From Mobula hypostoma (lineage: Eukaryota), in the NCBI RefSeq assembly GCF_963921235.1, contig NC_086097.1, positions 112,532,001 to 112,596,000 on the forward strand: 64,000 bases of DNA, in the 5' to 3' direction. Below, one piece after another: positions 26,855-40,204 of the stretch (position 1 is its first letter; every line of letters begins with the position of its first letter). Under the pieces are notes generated by a model. That model saw only the letters and a program-made list of their open reading frames with translations. It had not been told where the DNA came from and made no database searches. The position numbers and the translations under genes are program-made.

Positions 26855-27295
26855 AGACCATAAGATATAGGAGCAGAATTAGGCAACTTGGCCCATCGAG
26901 TTTGCTCCACCAATTCGTCTTGGCTGATCTATTTTCCTTCTCAGCCCCAGTCTCCTGCTTTCTCCCCGCATCCCACCATGGCTTGACCAATCAAAAATCT
27001 ATCAAATCTGCCTTAAATGTTACCCACCTGTGGCAACAAATTCCACAGATTCACCACCCTCTGACTAAAGAAATTCCTCATCTCCATTCTAAAAAAACAC
27101 CCCTCTATTGTGAGGCTGTGTCCTCTGACCTTAGACACTCCTACTATAGGAAATAGACTTTACACATCCTCTCTATCAAGGCCATTCAATATTTGATAGG
27201 TTCCAATGAGGTCGCCCCGCAATCTTTGGAATTCCAGTGAATAGTCCCAGAGCCATCAAACACTCCTCATATAACAAGACTTTCAATCTCACCCC
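26855..27295 (-). mobile_element. CR1 LINE 3' fragment
   Basis: 3' end taagaccataag shared with the copy at 51187. RT C-terminal remnant. Confidence 0.75.
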
Positions 27296-27517
27296 ACAAC
27301 TAAAGTTCTCTGATCCAGGCGATATTTTGCTGAATCTCAGCAAGTCAGGCAGCATCTATGCAAGTGAATAAACAGTCGATGGTTCTAGCCAATGCCCTTC
27401 ATTAGGATGTCACCCTAAATGTTAACCAGTTGTTACTCTCTATAGATGCTCATTACTCTGGATTTCCAGCATTTGCAAAACTCTTGTCTTTATGACTTTG
27501 GTGAATATACTTTGTAT

Positions 27518-28730
27518 TAGAAACATAGAAACATAGAAAACCTACAACACAATACAGGCCCTTTGGCTCACAATGCTGTGCCGAACATGTACTTACTTTA
27601 GAAATTATCTAGGGATACCCATAGCCCTCTATTTTTCTAAGCTCTATGTACCTATCCGGGAATCTCTTAAAAGACCCTATTGTATCTGCTTCCACCACTG
27701 TTGCTGGCAGCCCTTTCCACACACTCACCACTCTCTGCGTAAAAAATGTACCCCTGACATCTCCTCTGTACCTGCTTCCAAGCGCCTTAAAACTATGCCC
27801 TCCCATGCTAGCCATTTCAGCCCTAGGAGAAAAGCCTCTGACTATCCACATGATCAATCACTCTCATTATCTTGTACAACTCTATCAGGTCACCTCTCAT
27901 CCTCCATCGCTCCAAGGAAAAAAGGCCAAATTCACTAAACCTATTCTCATAAGGCATGCTCCTCAATCTAGGCAACATCCTTGTAAATCTCCTCTGCACC
28001 CTTTCTATGGGTTCCATGTCCTTCCTGTAGTGAGGTGACCAGAACTGAGCACAGTACTCCAAGTGGGGTCTGACCAGGGTCCTATATAACTGTAACATTA
28101 CCTCTCAGCTCTTGAACTCAATCCCACAGTTGATGAAGACCAATGCACCGTATGCCTTCTTAACCACACAGTCAACCTGCACAGTTACTTTGAGTGTCCA
28201 ATGCACTCAGACACCAAGATCCCTCTGATCCTCCACACTGCCAAGAGTCTTACCATTAATACTATATTCTGCCATCATATTTGACCTACCAAAATAAACC
28301 ACCTCACACTTATCTGGGTTGAACTCCACCTTTCACTTCTCAGCCCAGTTTTGCATCCTATCAATGTCCTGCTGTAACCTCTGACAGTCCTCCACACAAT
28401 CCACTACACCCCCAACCTTTGTGTCATCAGCAAATTTACCATCCCATCCCTCCACTTCCTCATCCAGGTCATTTATAAAAATCACGAAGGGTAGGGGTCC
28501 AAGAACAGATCCCTGAGGCACACCACTGGTCACCAACCTCCATGCAGAATATGACACATCTACAACCACTCTTTGCCTTCTGTGGGCAAGCCAATTCTGG
28601 ATACAAAAAGCAAGGTCCCCTTGGATCCCATGCCTCCTTACTTTCTCAATAAGCACTGCATGGGTTACCTTATCAAATGCCTTGCTGAAATCCATATACA
28701 CTACATCTACTACTCTACCTTCATCAATGA
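27518..28730 (-). mobile_element. CR1 LINE, 5'-truncated
   Basis: Fragments [33 protein letters not shown] and RPHLEYCAQFWSP. (TTTCTATG)n tail. Confidence 0.93.
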
Positions 28731-29090
28731 CAAAGTCAAAGTTCATTCAAATAACTGAGACAGGATTTTCCCTTAACAAAATCATGATGACCATCCCTGA
28801 TGAGTCATTACCTTTCCAAATGAGTGCAAGTCATACCCTTTAGGAATTTCTTCAGCAATTTCCCTATTATTGATGGAAGGCTTACTGGTCTGTAGTTAAC
28901 CGGCTTATTCCTTTAACATTATCTTTTCTCCAATCTGCTGATACTTTGCCTGTAGCTAACAAAAGTACAAAAATCTCAGTAGGGGCCCGGACAATCTCTT
29001 ACCTTTTTCCCCATAGCATTCTGGGATAGATCACATCTGCCTCTGGAGATTTATGCACCTTAATCTACTTCAAGACATCTAACGCCCCCA

Positions 29091-30190
29091 ATATAGAATA
29101 CAGAACAGAGAATAGTACAGCACATTACAGGCCCTTCGGCCCACAATGTTGTGCCGACCCTCAAACCCTGCCTCCCATATAACCCCCCACCTTAAATTCC
29201 TCCATATGCCTGTCTCGTAGTCTCTTAAACTTCACTAGTGTATCTGCCTCCACCACTGACTCAGGCAGTGCATTCCACGCACCAACCACTCTCTGAGTGA
29301 AAAACCTTCCTCTAATATCCCCCTTGAACTTCCCACCCCTTACCATAAAGCCATGTCCTCCTGTATTGAGCTGTGGTGCCCTGGGGAAGAGGCGCTGGCT
29401 ATCCACTCTATCTATTCCTCTTATTATCTTGTACACCTCTATCATGTCTCCTCTCATCCTCCTTCTCTCCAAAGAGTAAAGCCCGAGCTCCCTTAATCGC
29501 TGATCATAATCCAGACTCTCTAAACCAGGCAGCATCCTGGAAAATCTCTTCTGTACCCTTTCCAATGCTTCCACATCCTTTCTATAGTGAGGCAACCAGA
29601 AATGGACGCAGTACTCCAAGTGTGGCCTAACCAGTTTTATAGAGCTACATCATTACATCGCGACTCTTAAACTCTATCCCTCAACTTATGAAAGCTAACA
29701 CCCCATAATCTTTCTTAACTACCCTATCTACCTGTGAGGCAACTTTCAGGGATCTGTGGACATGTGCCCCCAGATCCCTCTGCTCCTCCACACTACCAAG
29801 TATCCTGCCATTTACTGTGTACTCAGCCTTGGAATTTGTCCTCCCAAAGTGTACCACCTCACACTTCTCCGGGTTGAACTCCATCTGCTACTTCTCAGCC
29901 CACTTCTTCATCCTATCAATGTCTCTCTGCAATCTTCGACAATCCTCTACACTATCCACAACACCACCAACCTTTGTGTCATCTGCAAACTTGCCAGCCC
30001 ACCCTTCTACCTCCACATCCAGGTCGATAATAAAAATCATGAACAGTAGAGGTCCCAGAACAGATCCTTGTGGGACACCACTAGTCACAATCCTCCAATC
30101 TGAATGTACTCCCTCCACTACGACCCTTTGCTTTCTGCAGGCAAACCTATTCTGAATCCACCTGGCCAAACTTCCCTGGATCCCGTGCCT
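29091..30190 (-). mobile_element. CR1 LINE, 5'-truncated
   Basis: Fragments [27 protein letters not shown] and RFFTQRVV. Confidence 0.93.
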
Positions 30191-30589
30191 TTTCTCAATA
30201 CCTTTTAGTATATCTCAATACCTTTAAGTCCAATCAATGTATCTCTCTTTCACCACGCTATCCTTCTATTAGATGAACACAGACAATAAGTATTAATTTA
30301 CGACTTTGCTCACATTCACTGACTTCACATATAGATTCCCTCTTTGGTCCTTAAGGGACTCAGTCTTTCCTAATTTGCCTATTAAAATTTCTAGAATAAC
30401 TTATCCTTTGTCTCGACTAAACCCTCAAAATTGCTCAAGGGAATTACTTGTTTGTAGTTGCCAATGCCTGCCATATGCTTCCTCAATTTCCTGATCAAAC
30501 CTTCCATATTCTTTGTTGTCAAGATTTCCCTAATCTGGCCACCCTTTCCTTCATTTGATAAAGTGAAACCTCATAGTACAGGAGGTAAC

Positions 30590-31530
30590 ATATTCACATA
30601 GATCAAAGATTAGTTGACCAACAGGTAACACTATGTATTTTTAAATGAATGCTATTTTTGTCAGGGTGTCATGAGTGGTGCCCCACAAGGACCACCCTGC
30701 AGTCTCAAGTGATTTGCATAAATTAAGTTAAAAAGAGCAGATGACAGAGACAGAGATGAAAGTAAGTACAAGCACAGAGGAGGCTACAAAGGGAAAAGGA
30801 ATTATTTCAGTTGGCAAACGTTTGACAAGTGGAACACAACATGAGAAAATATGAAATTGTTCATATTGGCAAGAAAAAGGAAAAAAACATATCTAAATAG
30901 TGAAAGATGCAGACTGAGATTCAAAGGGACCTGGGTGGCAACGTGCATAATTTGCAAAAGGTGCATCAAGTGATCAAGAAAGCTAACATTAAGATATAAT
31001 TTATTATTGATGTACATAACGCAGGAGGAAATGCTTCAGTTGTGTTGGGCACAGGGGAGACTGCTATTCATATCTACAGTACAGAGCACAATATTGCTCT
31101 GTTAATGCATTGAAAATGGTTCAGAAACTGGTTATCAGACAATTACTGGAAATGGATGAATCATCATGTAAGAAAAGGTTGCACATCCACTCGAACTGGA
31201 AGTGTCTTGAATGAAACACATAAGAGCCCTGAGGGTCTTCAAATTATGGATGTAGTTCAGATTTCTGTTCTTATGGGTCATTACTGATTTAAAACAAGGG
31301 GTTACCTACTTAAGACAGATGAACTAATTTTGTTTTCTCTCAGAGGATTCATGTGTTCAGGAACTCTTTTCCACAAAAGGCAGTGAAAGCAGTTCTTGAA
31401 TATTCTTAAAGCGAAGAGAAATAGATGCTTGATCTGAAAGGAGGTGAAAATGTTCTACAGATAAATGAGAATGTGGACAAGGATATAATCCAAGCTTTCG
31501 TAATTTTTTTACATGGTGAAGCAGCTTGAT
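30590..31530 (+). mobile_element. Highly degenerate CR1 RT fragment
   Basis: Patchy similarity (agtggtgccccacaagg, gggacctgggtg). Boundaries approximate. Confidence 0.55.
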
Positions 31531-32794
31531 CTGTTTCTAATTTTTTGTTTGCAGAACCTCTGTAGTTTTTAGAATAAACACTTTTCAGATGCTGCAGGCA
31601 ATAGAAGCTGCAAGTGGGACTGTGAGTGGCCCTTTAAATTCCACAACTGTGAGGCAAACTGCATTATGATGATCTAATTGAGTTACAAGTGACCAACATG
31701 AGGGACCTTGCAAAACAACAATAAATATATCTGTTATTTATTCATGTATATTTTGTCAAGCTTCCTTGTGTGTAACACATTGACCGTAATGTGAGAGGGC
31801 ATCCTGGGTAGATGACTTACAAGGAAAACAAACAGCAGCACATTTGTTCCTCACCTCCATTTCTCATGGGTGTTATTCACGGCCACCCAGCTTCGAGGTA
31901 CCGCAAACATAACAAAATCACCCAGCAAATTTTTAAAATGGAGGTAAATTGGTATGCATTTTGTGCAAGGAAGTCATCACCCATGCAATTGAAAAATTAC
32001 TGTAAAATATTTAGTCTCATTTCCATATTTTCTGGAATGACCTGGTCATAATATTTCCTTCTGGAACAAAACATATAATACTTGAAAAAAAACATTGTGA
32101 GATCACATTTCTGGGCCCTTTTATTTTTTTATTCTTCTTCAGTCATCTTCACAAGCTGCAGAATTCTACCATTATTTTTAACTCACTGATGGCAAGTTGC
32201 ATAATTTGGGGATTTTCCCTTTTCAGCTCATTTAGTGGTTGTAAAGAAGTATCAAACACAGTGGATCTCAGCCCTTGGACACAGCACTCAGCATTCTCCA
32301 AATTCAATTGATTATCTGGTTCGCTTATAAAAATATCCTGTGTCTTCCTTTCTACCCTCCTTTCTGAATCATTTCCCACATCTTCAGTTTACACTTCCCT
32401 ACCTATTTTCTGTATTCATCACACACAGAGAATCCTGCTTTGTATTCGACAGTGATTTTGTTTATGTTGGCTGCCAAGTTTTTAAACCACAACTTTATTT
32501 TCCTCTTACTGACTAGTCTTAAGGACAAAAATTTGAAAACAGCAGATTGTGGTTAAAAATGAACGAAAGCCCAATGTTTATTGTGCAAGGATGTTTCTGT
32601 GCAGTACATTTATGTTTGCCTTGTCAAATTCAGACCCCCTTCAGCTTGCTGGTGCAACAACATTTTTGCAAAGAAGCTAACAGATTGTATTAGGGTAAGG
32701 AATTTCAAAAGGAGTGGAACTTTAAGTAGGATTTCAAACACTGTAAATGCCTTACCCAAACTCTACTGTTACACTTCTAACATGGGAACCGGTA

Positions 32795-33542
32795 ATCATG
32801 GGAAAATCAGAGGTGGAGACGGTCAGTAACTTTAAATTCCTGGGTGTCACTATCTCAGAAGAACTGTCCTGGACCCATCATATAAATATAATTGTGAAGA
32901 ATGCACAACAGCACCTCTATTTCCTCAGGAGTCTGCAGAGATTAGGCACGTCATCAAAAACATTGGCAAACTTCTATAGACCTGTGGTGGAAAGTGTGCT
33001 GACTGGCTGCATTATGGCCTGGAACGGGAGCACCAATGCCTTTGAGCAGAAAATCCTATGAAAGGAGGTGGATTTGGCCCAGTAAATCACGGGTAAAACC
33101 CTCCCAATCATTGAGCATATCTATATGTAACGTTGCTGTAGAAAAGCAGCATCCATCATCAAAGATCCTCACCACCCAGGCAGAGCTCTTTTCTCGCTGC
33201 TGCCATCAGGTAGAAGGTACAAGTGCTCCAGGACTCACACCACCAGGTGCAAGAACAGTTACTACCCCTCAACCATCAGGGTCTTGAACAAAAGGGGATA
33301 ACTACACTCATTTAAGGACTCTGATATATTGTTATTTCATGCTCGTTATTTATTACTGTTTACTTATGATCTGCATTTGCATAGTTTGTTTACCGTCTAC
33401 AGTTTATGGATCCTGTTTACAGTTACTGTTCTATAGATTTGCTAAGTATGCCTACAGAAAAAGAATCTCAGGGTTGTATGTGGTGACATGTATGTACTCT
33501 GATAATAATTTTTACTTTGAACTTTGAAGTTTTGAACTTTGA
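32795..33542 (+). mobile_element. Rex1/Babar-type LINE 3' fragment
   Basis: Fragments VSNFKFLGVTISEELSW, QQHLYFLRSL and ESVLTGCIMAW. (ACTTTGA)n tail. Confidence 0.85.
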
Positions 33543-34759
33543 ATTAAGAACGGACAAAAGTAATTCTTAGTTTCTTCCAAGGCCAGTTGAGAACAATGTG
33601 ATATGTTTCTTTGGCCACATAAAGGACACCTGAAATGCTTGCCAGATGAGACCGCTAAACATGTGCTTCTGTGTGCAACCGAAATAAACCTGCAATAATT
33701 AGCCATGAGTAGCAATTCCAAAGTAAATTTTTCTGCCCAACAGAAGTGCAAGGTACTTATCCCAAAATAAACTGCATCCAGGGAAATACTTTACTAATAA
33801 TCCCTTAAAAATTAAAAGCTCATGCTCTTTAGGATGCTTTAAATTTTAAATGCTTTTGTAATTACTATTAGAATGTACGTAATGAAAAGAGCAACATGGA
33901 AATACTTGGAATGGGCAAGGTCCATTGCATCCTTCCACAGACTGCATGTCTAAACTGCTCTAATGAGTTTCTCCTCCCACATATTTAATCTTCAAAAGTC
34001 CTTCCATAAATATGTCTTCATCTCTGAAAGTAACTGGACAAATCCAGAATATCAACTAATTTCCTTATTTGCTCTACACAATTCTGATAAGCAACTCTCT
34101 GCAAAAAAAGGCATGGATTACCATGCCTGAACGAACATTCAGTTATTTTAATTTATAAATGTTCACAGCCTTTTTTTAGTAAATGTGTATCCAATTAATA
34201 TTTCAAAAAGCTTAATTACATGGGATCAGTTTTCTTTGCTGAGAATAATTCACAAATTTTCTGCTCCATTCACTTAAGCGATTTCTTAATGCCTTTGATG
34301 GAGCATGTTAAATCGAAACTTGTTTCCTCAGCTTTGTATTACTGAAGCTAAAGACTGGGCATTCATTTCTTGCTATCTTTATTAAGCCCTTGCCATTAGA
34401 CCTTGCAATGGTATATCTATAAATTAAAATCTATACAAACATTTATTTATCAGTAAGCAAACAAATTCTGCAGAGCTACACCTGCTAAAGTGAATAACTC
34501 GGTCTCTTGGAGATTACTGCATCAATAGAACATGCTGAGAATTAAACCCAAGGGACCTGTTTACATTTGTATTCATCAAGTCATTTTGAAAGCTTAGATT
34601 TTTTTTCCAATAACCCATACCCAAATATATGGCAACAATTATTTTCTTAAATGTTGCTCCTATGGTACTATGTATTATTGCATGTAAATCTATTCCATAC
34701 TTCTAATATTCACTTTTACCTTGAATGAAAATAATACACCTCCTAAAGCATGCTACTCA

Positions 34760-34961
34760 AAGAAGAAAAAGAAGAAGAATAGCCCTTAACTCGGCAGTGG
34801 ATTTATCGGGGCACCGTCTTTTTGATGGTGTTTCTGTAGCAAGCTATTCTTGTTTTTACGAGGCCGAGTTGCTAGCTCGACGCTCAACGTGACTTGGGAT
34901 TCGAACTCGGGAACCTTCGCTCCGGAGTCCGGTGCTGATATTATTGCGCCACCAAGCAGGA
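34760..34961 (-). mobile_element. tRNA-derived SINE with (TTC)n tail
   Basis: A-box-like TGGCGCAAT and B box GTTCGAATCC on the minus strand. 11-bp TSD CATGCTACTCA at 34749-34759 and 34962-34972. Confidence 0.88.
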
Positions 34962-35192
34962 CATGCTACTCAGAGAATTGAAAAAAAAAGTTCTAATTTC
35001 CACAATTCCACCATCCCAGTGTCAAAAATGATCCAAAGCCATCCAAAGTGACAACCAGTTAATGGAACAAAACTCATTTTGATTATCTGTCTTATATCCC
35101 TAAAACAAATATTTCTAAGTCTGCACTTTGGATTTCAGAGGCTCAGCTAGTGAAAACAGCACAGAGCTATATGACACTAGTAGCCATATAGC

Positions 35193-35423
35193 CGTAATAT
35201 TTGAGCAACATTGTAAATATATTGTTTGATTAAGCATTCTTTGTTAATTTAAATAATTCCTTAAGGGTTAAATGTAAAAGTATGTGAATGGCATAGGTCA
35301 TTATACCACCACGGCACGAGTGGCACCTTGCTTAAAGTAAAATCGAACCTAAACACACACATCTCCAGGCTCCGTGCATTTCTTTCAATTAGTTTTTTGG
35401 TTTTGGAGTTAAAAAACATAACA
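35193..35423 (+). mobile_element. Solo LTR related to the Gypsy LTR at 60086-63241
   Basis: Shared blocks with that LTR (attgtaaatata, ttaagcat, cttaaagtaaa, ttttggagtt). Ends in AACA and is flanked by an ATAGC direct repeat. Confidence 0.75.
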
Positions 35424-36378
35424 ATAGCCGTTGAGATTTGCTTTCTTGTGAGAGTATTTGGCAGAGTTTGTGCCACAATAGGCTTAAACTTCTAATACTG
35501 CTTCTTCTGGATCACACCACTTACCAGAAAATGTCCTGTATTTACAGTTATATACATCATTAATTATATTGATAGATTGATAATTTATTTTCTCTCTGTA
35601 GGTAGAAGAACAGAACTGACATCTCTAATGCTGAAAATCTTTTCCTAAAATAGTTAAAAATTGTTACCAAACGTATATTCTATGAAAGAAATGATGCAAA
35701 GATCAAAGACCAATCCAAAGGATGGCAGGACATTCACATGAAACTCCCAAGTTTATAAAAATGAAGCTTAACAGAGTAAATTCAAAAATGATGTTTCACG
35801 TAGCTAAGGCATCCAAAACCCCCAGTGCCATTGTGTCACACGGAGGGGTTGGCCACAAAAGTACTGATTCTCCCAAAGGGTTATGACTATTTGAAATTTT
35901 CCAACCAAAAGGCTGAGCAGAGAAGTATATTAAAAAAAAGTCAATAGATATTAAGGAAGTCAAGGATATGGGACAAGTGCAAAAATATGACAGAGGTTAC
36001 AGATCAGCATGATCTTAATGAATTGGAATATATAAATCTGGTTGACTAGTGTCCTTCCGACTTTTATTTTTATATTTGTGTACGTGACATTGGAATAACC
36101 TTCAGTACGTTTTCTATCAACCATTAAAAAACCCATTCTCAAACCCATCACAACAGTAAAGCTTCAAATGATGGCACACTCACTTATATATTGCACACAA
36201 TACCACTAGCAGCAGGGGGAAGTCACACAGGTTGGGAACTAGAAGTTAGATGAGAAGGAAAGGTGATCTAATCTCTCTACATGCACAGGCAGAACATTCA
36301 CTATCAACCATTCCCCAATGTGATAGCTAACACACCAACAAGTGTTTTTAGTCTCGCTGATTCATGCCAGTAATTTAC

Positions 36379-36405
36379 CTGAATTTAATGAATGTGGCCC
36401 TGTAT
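36379..36405 (-). CDS. RIMS2: RIMS2 27-nt alternative microexon: (N)TGPHSLNS(G)
   Basis: T-rich acceptor ...gatatttattttccag| and donor CAG|gtaaat. Phase 1 to 1 with an open frame, fitting between the 154-nt and 72-nt exons. GCATG at 36363-36367 and TGCATG at 36280-36285 lie downstream on the minus strand. Confidence 0.75.
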
Positions 36406-37454
36406 CTGGAAAATAAATATCAAAATGGGATACAAAATGAAAAAAAAACACAACATATCTTATCTATGTAATGGAAATAAACAATTACAATGCCACTTTT
36501 TCGGAACATACAATCAATGCTAATAAAACATACTAGCAGATAGGTTATTAGCATAAAGCAATTTATCTAGCTAATAGAGTAGCGTTAACACACAAATAAA
36601 GCCAGCAGAACTGTCACTATTGGCTAGACTTTTGTCTGACCTATCAACTAATCATTATAATGGTCACTGCAGCTTGTTTTATGCAGAAGTGGAAAAATGG
36701 GCTTTGTGTTTTGGGGACTGAGTGCCTTATCATAAGTTCAAGTAACGGTAATGCCAAATTCTGACTGTAGTCAAATAGTTCATTTGCACCATCCATCAGT
36801 TTTTTTTAACAATAATATTTACAGATTTCATCAACCTCATTGTAACTGAGCAGCTAAGCAACAATGCTTCCCTGTTCGTTTTAAGAACCAGATCATTAAT
36901 CATGCTGCAATGCTCATCATAATGTTAATAGTAAACAAAATCTAACCTTGTTTTGCTGATGAATGTCTAATGCAAGGCTCAAAGCAGGATGCTTGACACA
37001 CAATCGTTACAGCACAGGAGCCTATTCCGTCCGTTGAGTTTATAACAGCTCCAGATAAAAAGCAATCTAGCTCCACTTTCTCCATCCCTCTCCTCATAGT
37101 CCTGAAAACTCATTCCTTTCTGACACATATCCAGTTCACTTTTTGATACTACCATTAAATGTTCCTCCTCAAATTACCGTGGCAGTGCACACCAACTACT
37201 ATGTAGAAGATAATTCCTCAAGTGTTTGGGTTTTTCTAACTGAGCCCACAAGTGTCTATTTCTTCATCAATGTGAACAGTTTTTCTCCATTTAGTTTATC
37301 TTTTATGATATTATGTACCTTCAACACATCTCATCTTAACTTTCACTGTTCATCCAGAGAGCACAAGTTCTCTACTCTACCTATGTAAAAAAAAGACAAT
37401 GCTTTTTATCCATGTTCTTAAACTTACTTGCCTTCCATTTTTTTTAAGAAATTA

Positions 37455-38035
37455 GTACATAGAACATTAGAGGGCAGTACAGGACATTTAGTCCATGACC
37501 TTGTGCTGACCTCCTAACCTATTCTAAGATCAACATATCCCTTCCCTCCTACATAGTCCTCCAATTTCTATCCTCCATGTGCTCATCTAAGATTTCCTTA
37601 AATACCCACTAATGTATCTGCATCTACCACACCCGGCAGAGCATTCCATGCACCCACCACTGTCTGTGTAAAGAACTTACTCCTGACACCCACCTTATAC
37701 TTTTCTTCAGTCACCTTAAAATTATGCCCCCTTCATATTAGCTACCCCTGTCCTGGGAGAAAATGTCTCTGGCTATCCACTCTATCTCTGCCTCTTATCA
37801 TCTTGTACACCTCTATCAAGTCACTTCTCATCCCCTTCGCTTCAAAGAGAAAAGACTGAGCATGCTCTACCTATCTTCATAAGACATGCCCTCTAGTCTA
37901 GGCATCACCCTGGTATTTCTCCTCTGTACCCTCCCTAAAGCTTCTACATCTTTCCTATATTGAGTTGGCCAGAACTGAACACAATATTCCAAGTGTGGTC
38001 CAACCAGGGATTCATAGAGCTACAGCATTACCCCA
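37455..38035 (-). mobile_element. CR1 LINE 3' fragment
   Basis: Collinear with the CR1 copies at 27518 and 29091. Confidence 0.85.
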
Positions 38036-40050
38036 CAGCAAATTATCCATATACAATCCCAGAATCCTCTATCTTACACTGCACATTTCCATTCTTCCTA
38101 CTAAAATGCAAGACGTTACATTTCATATAATTACATTTCATCTGCCATCTACAGTATTTACCTGCTCCACCAACCCATCAATATATCATTGGCCTTTTGA
38201 TGTCCTTTATAATTCACTCTGCCTCCATATTATGCAGGAAATTATGAATACAAAGGTGGAAAGGCAATGGTCTCAGGACTGTGCTGGAACACCCCACAGT
38301 GCATTCCTTTCCAATGTGAGAAACAACCTCTCCTTACTATAACTGACTGAGGCAGACTCTGTTAATTCATGAGTCACAATCTTAATGGCAAGCCTATTAT
38401 GCAACACCTTCTCAAATGTTTTCTCTAAATCCTTATGCGCCAAATTAGCCAGACTTCCTCAGTGACAGTACAATCTCATCAAGAAAGTCATTGTTAGTTG
38501 GACATGATTTGCCTTGAACTTCACCGTTATGAAAATAATCATTCATTTTATTCAACTTTCCTAATTCTACCATCAGTTAAAAAGGAGCAGAATGGATTAA
38601 TTGTCCTTCAAAATACTGTATAGAATCAAGTCTCATTCACAGTATTTGGTTACGTTTGAGCTCATGCACAGTAATGAATGTGTCACAGCTGAGAAAGAGA
38701 GAGGATGAGGGTAAGGCAGAGAAACTGACTACTGAGATACACCAGGTCTGCTTTTAGCTAACAATTTCATGATTCACCAAAGAAATGCTACAATTAACTT
38801 AATTAACTAACTTTCCTTCATCTGTTAGCCCTCTTGGCTTCAACTGCAGTTTTTAATAGAAATGATCCTGTCAGGGTGAGTGTGTCAGTCCACAATTATG
38901 CGGCACTTATATTGCCTTAAGATTTTATCTGAATCACAGGAAATATGAGACCAGAAATTCAGATGTGTAGCATGGGCTTTTCTAAAGCTTTATGATGTAA
39001 ATCTGGTACTTTCCACTGTAAAATGTGATTATAATGATTTCCTGGTCAAACTGTGTGCCAGCCTTGAAATTCCATTAGTTCATGCTTCGGAGCTTTGATT
39101 GGGAAAATAGTCCCCATGATTGTATGGTATCCCTATTCCTGGGAACTCTCAGAACTAGGTTCCCACACCATTGCTTTCTTTGCTGAAGTACAATTCAAAG
39201 GGAACTAATCAGATCTGGTCCCACCCACTCAAGAGAACTAACTCGTGATTATCCATTTTAATTTGTTTACATACCTGCTGTCCTCATTGTAGCACCATTG
39301 TAGTACCCATCACCTATCTCCATGTTCACGTCAGCCTATCCAATGCTTTGTTGAGGCCAAGCTTCTCCCTCAAGTCTAGTCAATACGCTGGTACAATTCC
39401 TTCAAGATTAAATTATCTAAACCCAAACCCAATTCTTTGATCCCTAATCAATAGATGATTCTCTCCTAGGTACCGATAATTTGGCCTCAAGCTCTTATTC
39501 TCCATAGCAGTTACAATACACCTCTGGGTTCTGTTGTCTCAGGACTTCAGTCCCCAAAAATCTCCTGGTCCCAGACTTCCTGTTATTGATCTTATTATGC
39601 TTTACAAAGATGTAGTTTCCTGAAGTAAGAGGGCAAGAGGTTTGCGTATAGCACCGTCGGCATCAGGACATGTGGGCTATTCCAGCTGTGGGTTTGCAAC
39701 CAAAATAGTCAGTGCATCATGCAAAGCCTAGTTCCCTTGTCAAAGAATTCCAAGGTCATTATCCCTTTTCTAGTGATATCAGGTATACTTTTTCATTCTA
39801 AAACATGTGCAAAAGTGCTGCAAAAAATCTCGTTTTGCATATGGAGCCTATTCTTTGTCTCATTGAATAACCTACAGCTCATTGTTTGCCTTGTTTTTAA
39901 GAAATCTATTAGAGATTTCCATTGAGGATTTTTCTTGATCTACCTGTATTGCTGGATTCAACGTCTATGCTTTTATTAATGTCTCTAAAATGCTTCCAAA
40001 GTATTCCCACTGAAAAGCAGAAACAGAAAACCAACTATCTTTGAACGTAC

Positions 40051-40204
40051 TTTGTAATCTCCTCGTGGGGCTTTCACCATGTGGGTGTCTGCGTGGTGTG
40101 TAGGGTGAAGGCTGTGGAAGGGGCATAGATGAAACATCATGGGTCTGGAGTTTGTACCAGTGCGCTTCATCATCCAGCAAAGCCGTTTCCAATTCTATGA
40201 GAAT
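40051..40204 (-). CDS. RIMS2: RIMS2 exon (154 nt): ILIELETALLDDEAHWYKLQTHDVSSMPLPQPSPYTPRRHPHGESPTRRLQ
   Basis: Acceptor ttcctgatttcag| and donor CAAA|gtacgt. In frame with the previous exon (phase 0 to 1). Encodes the end of C2A. Confidence 0.95.
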
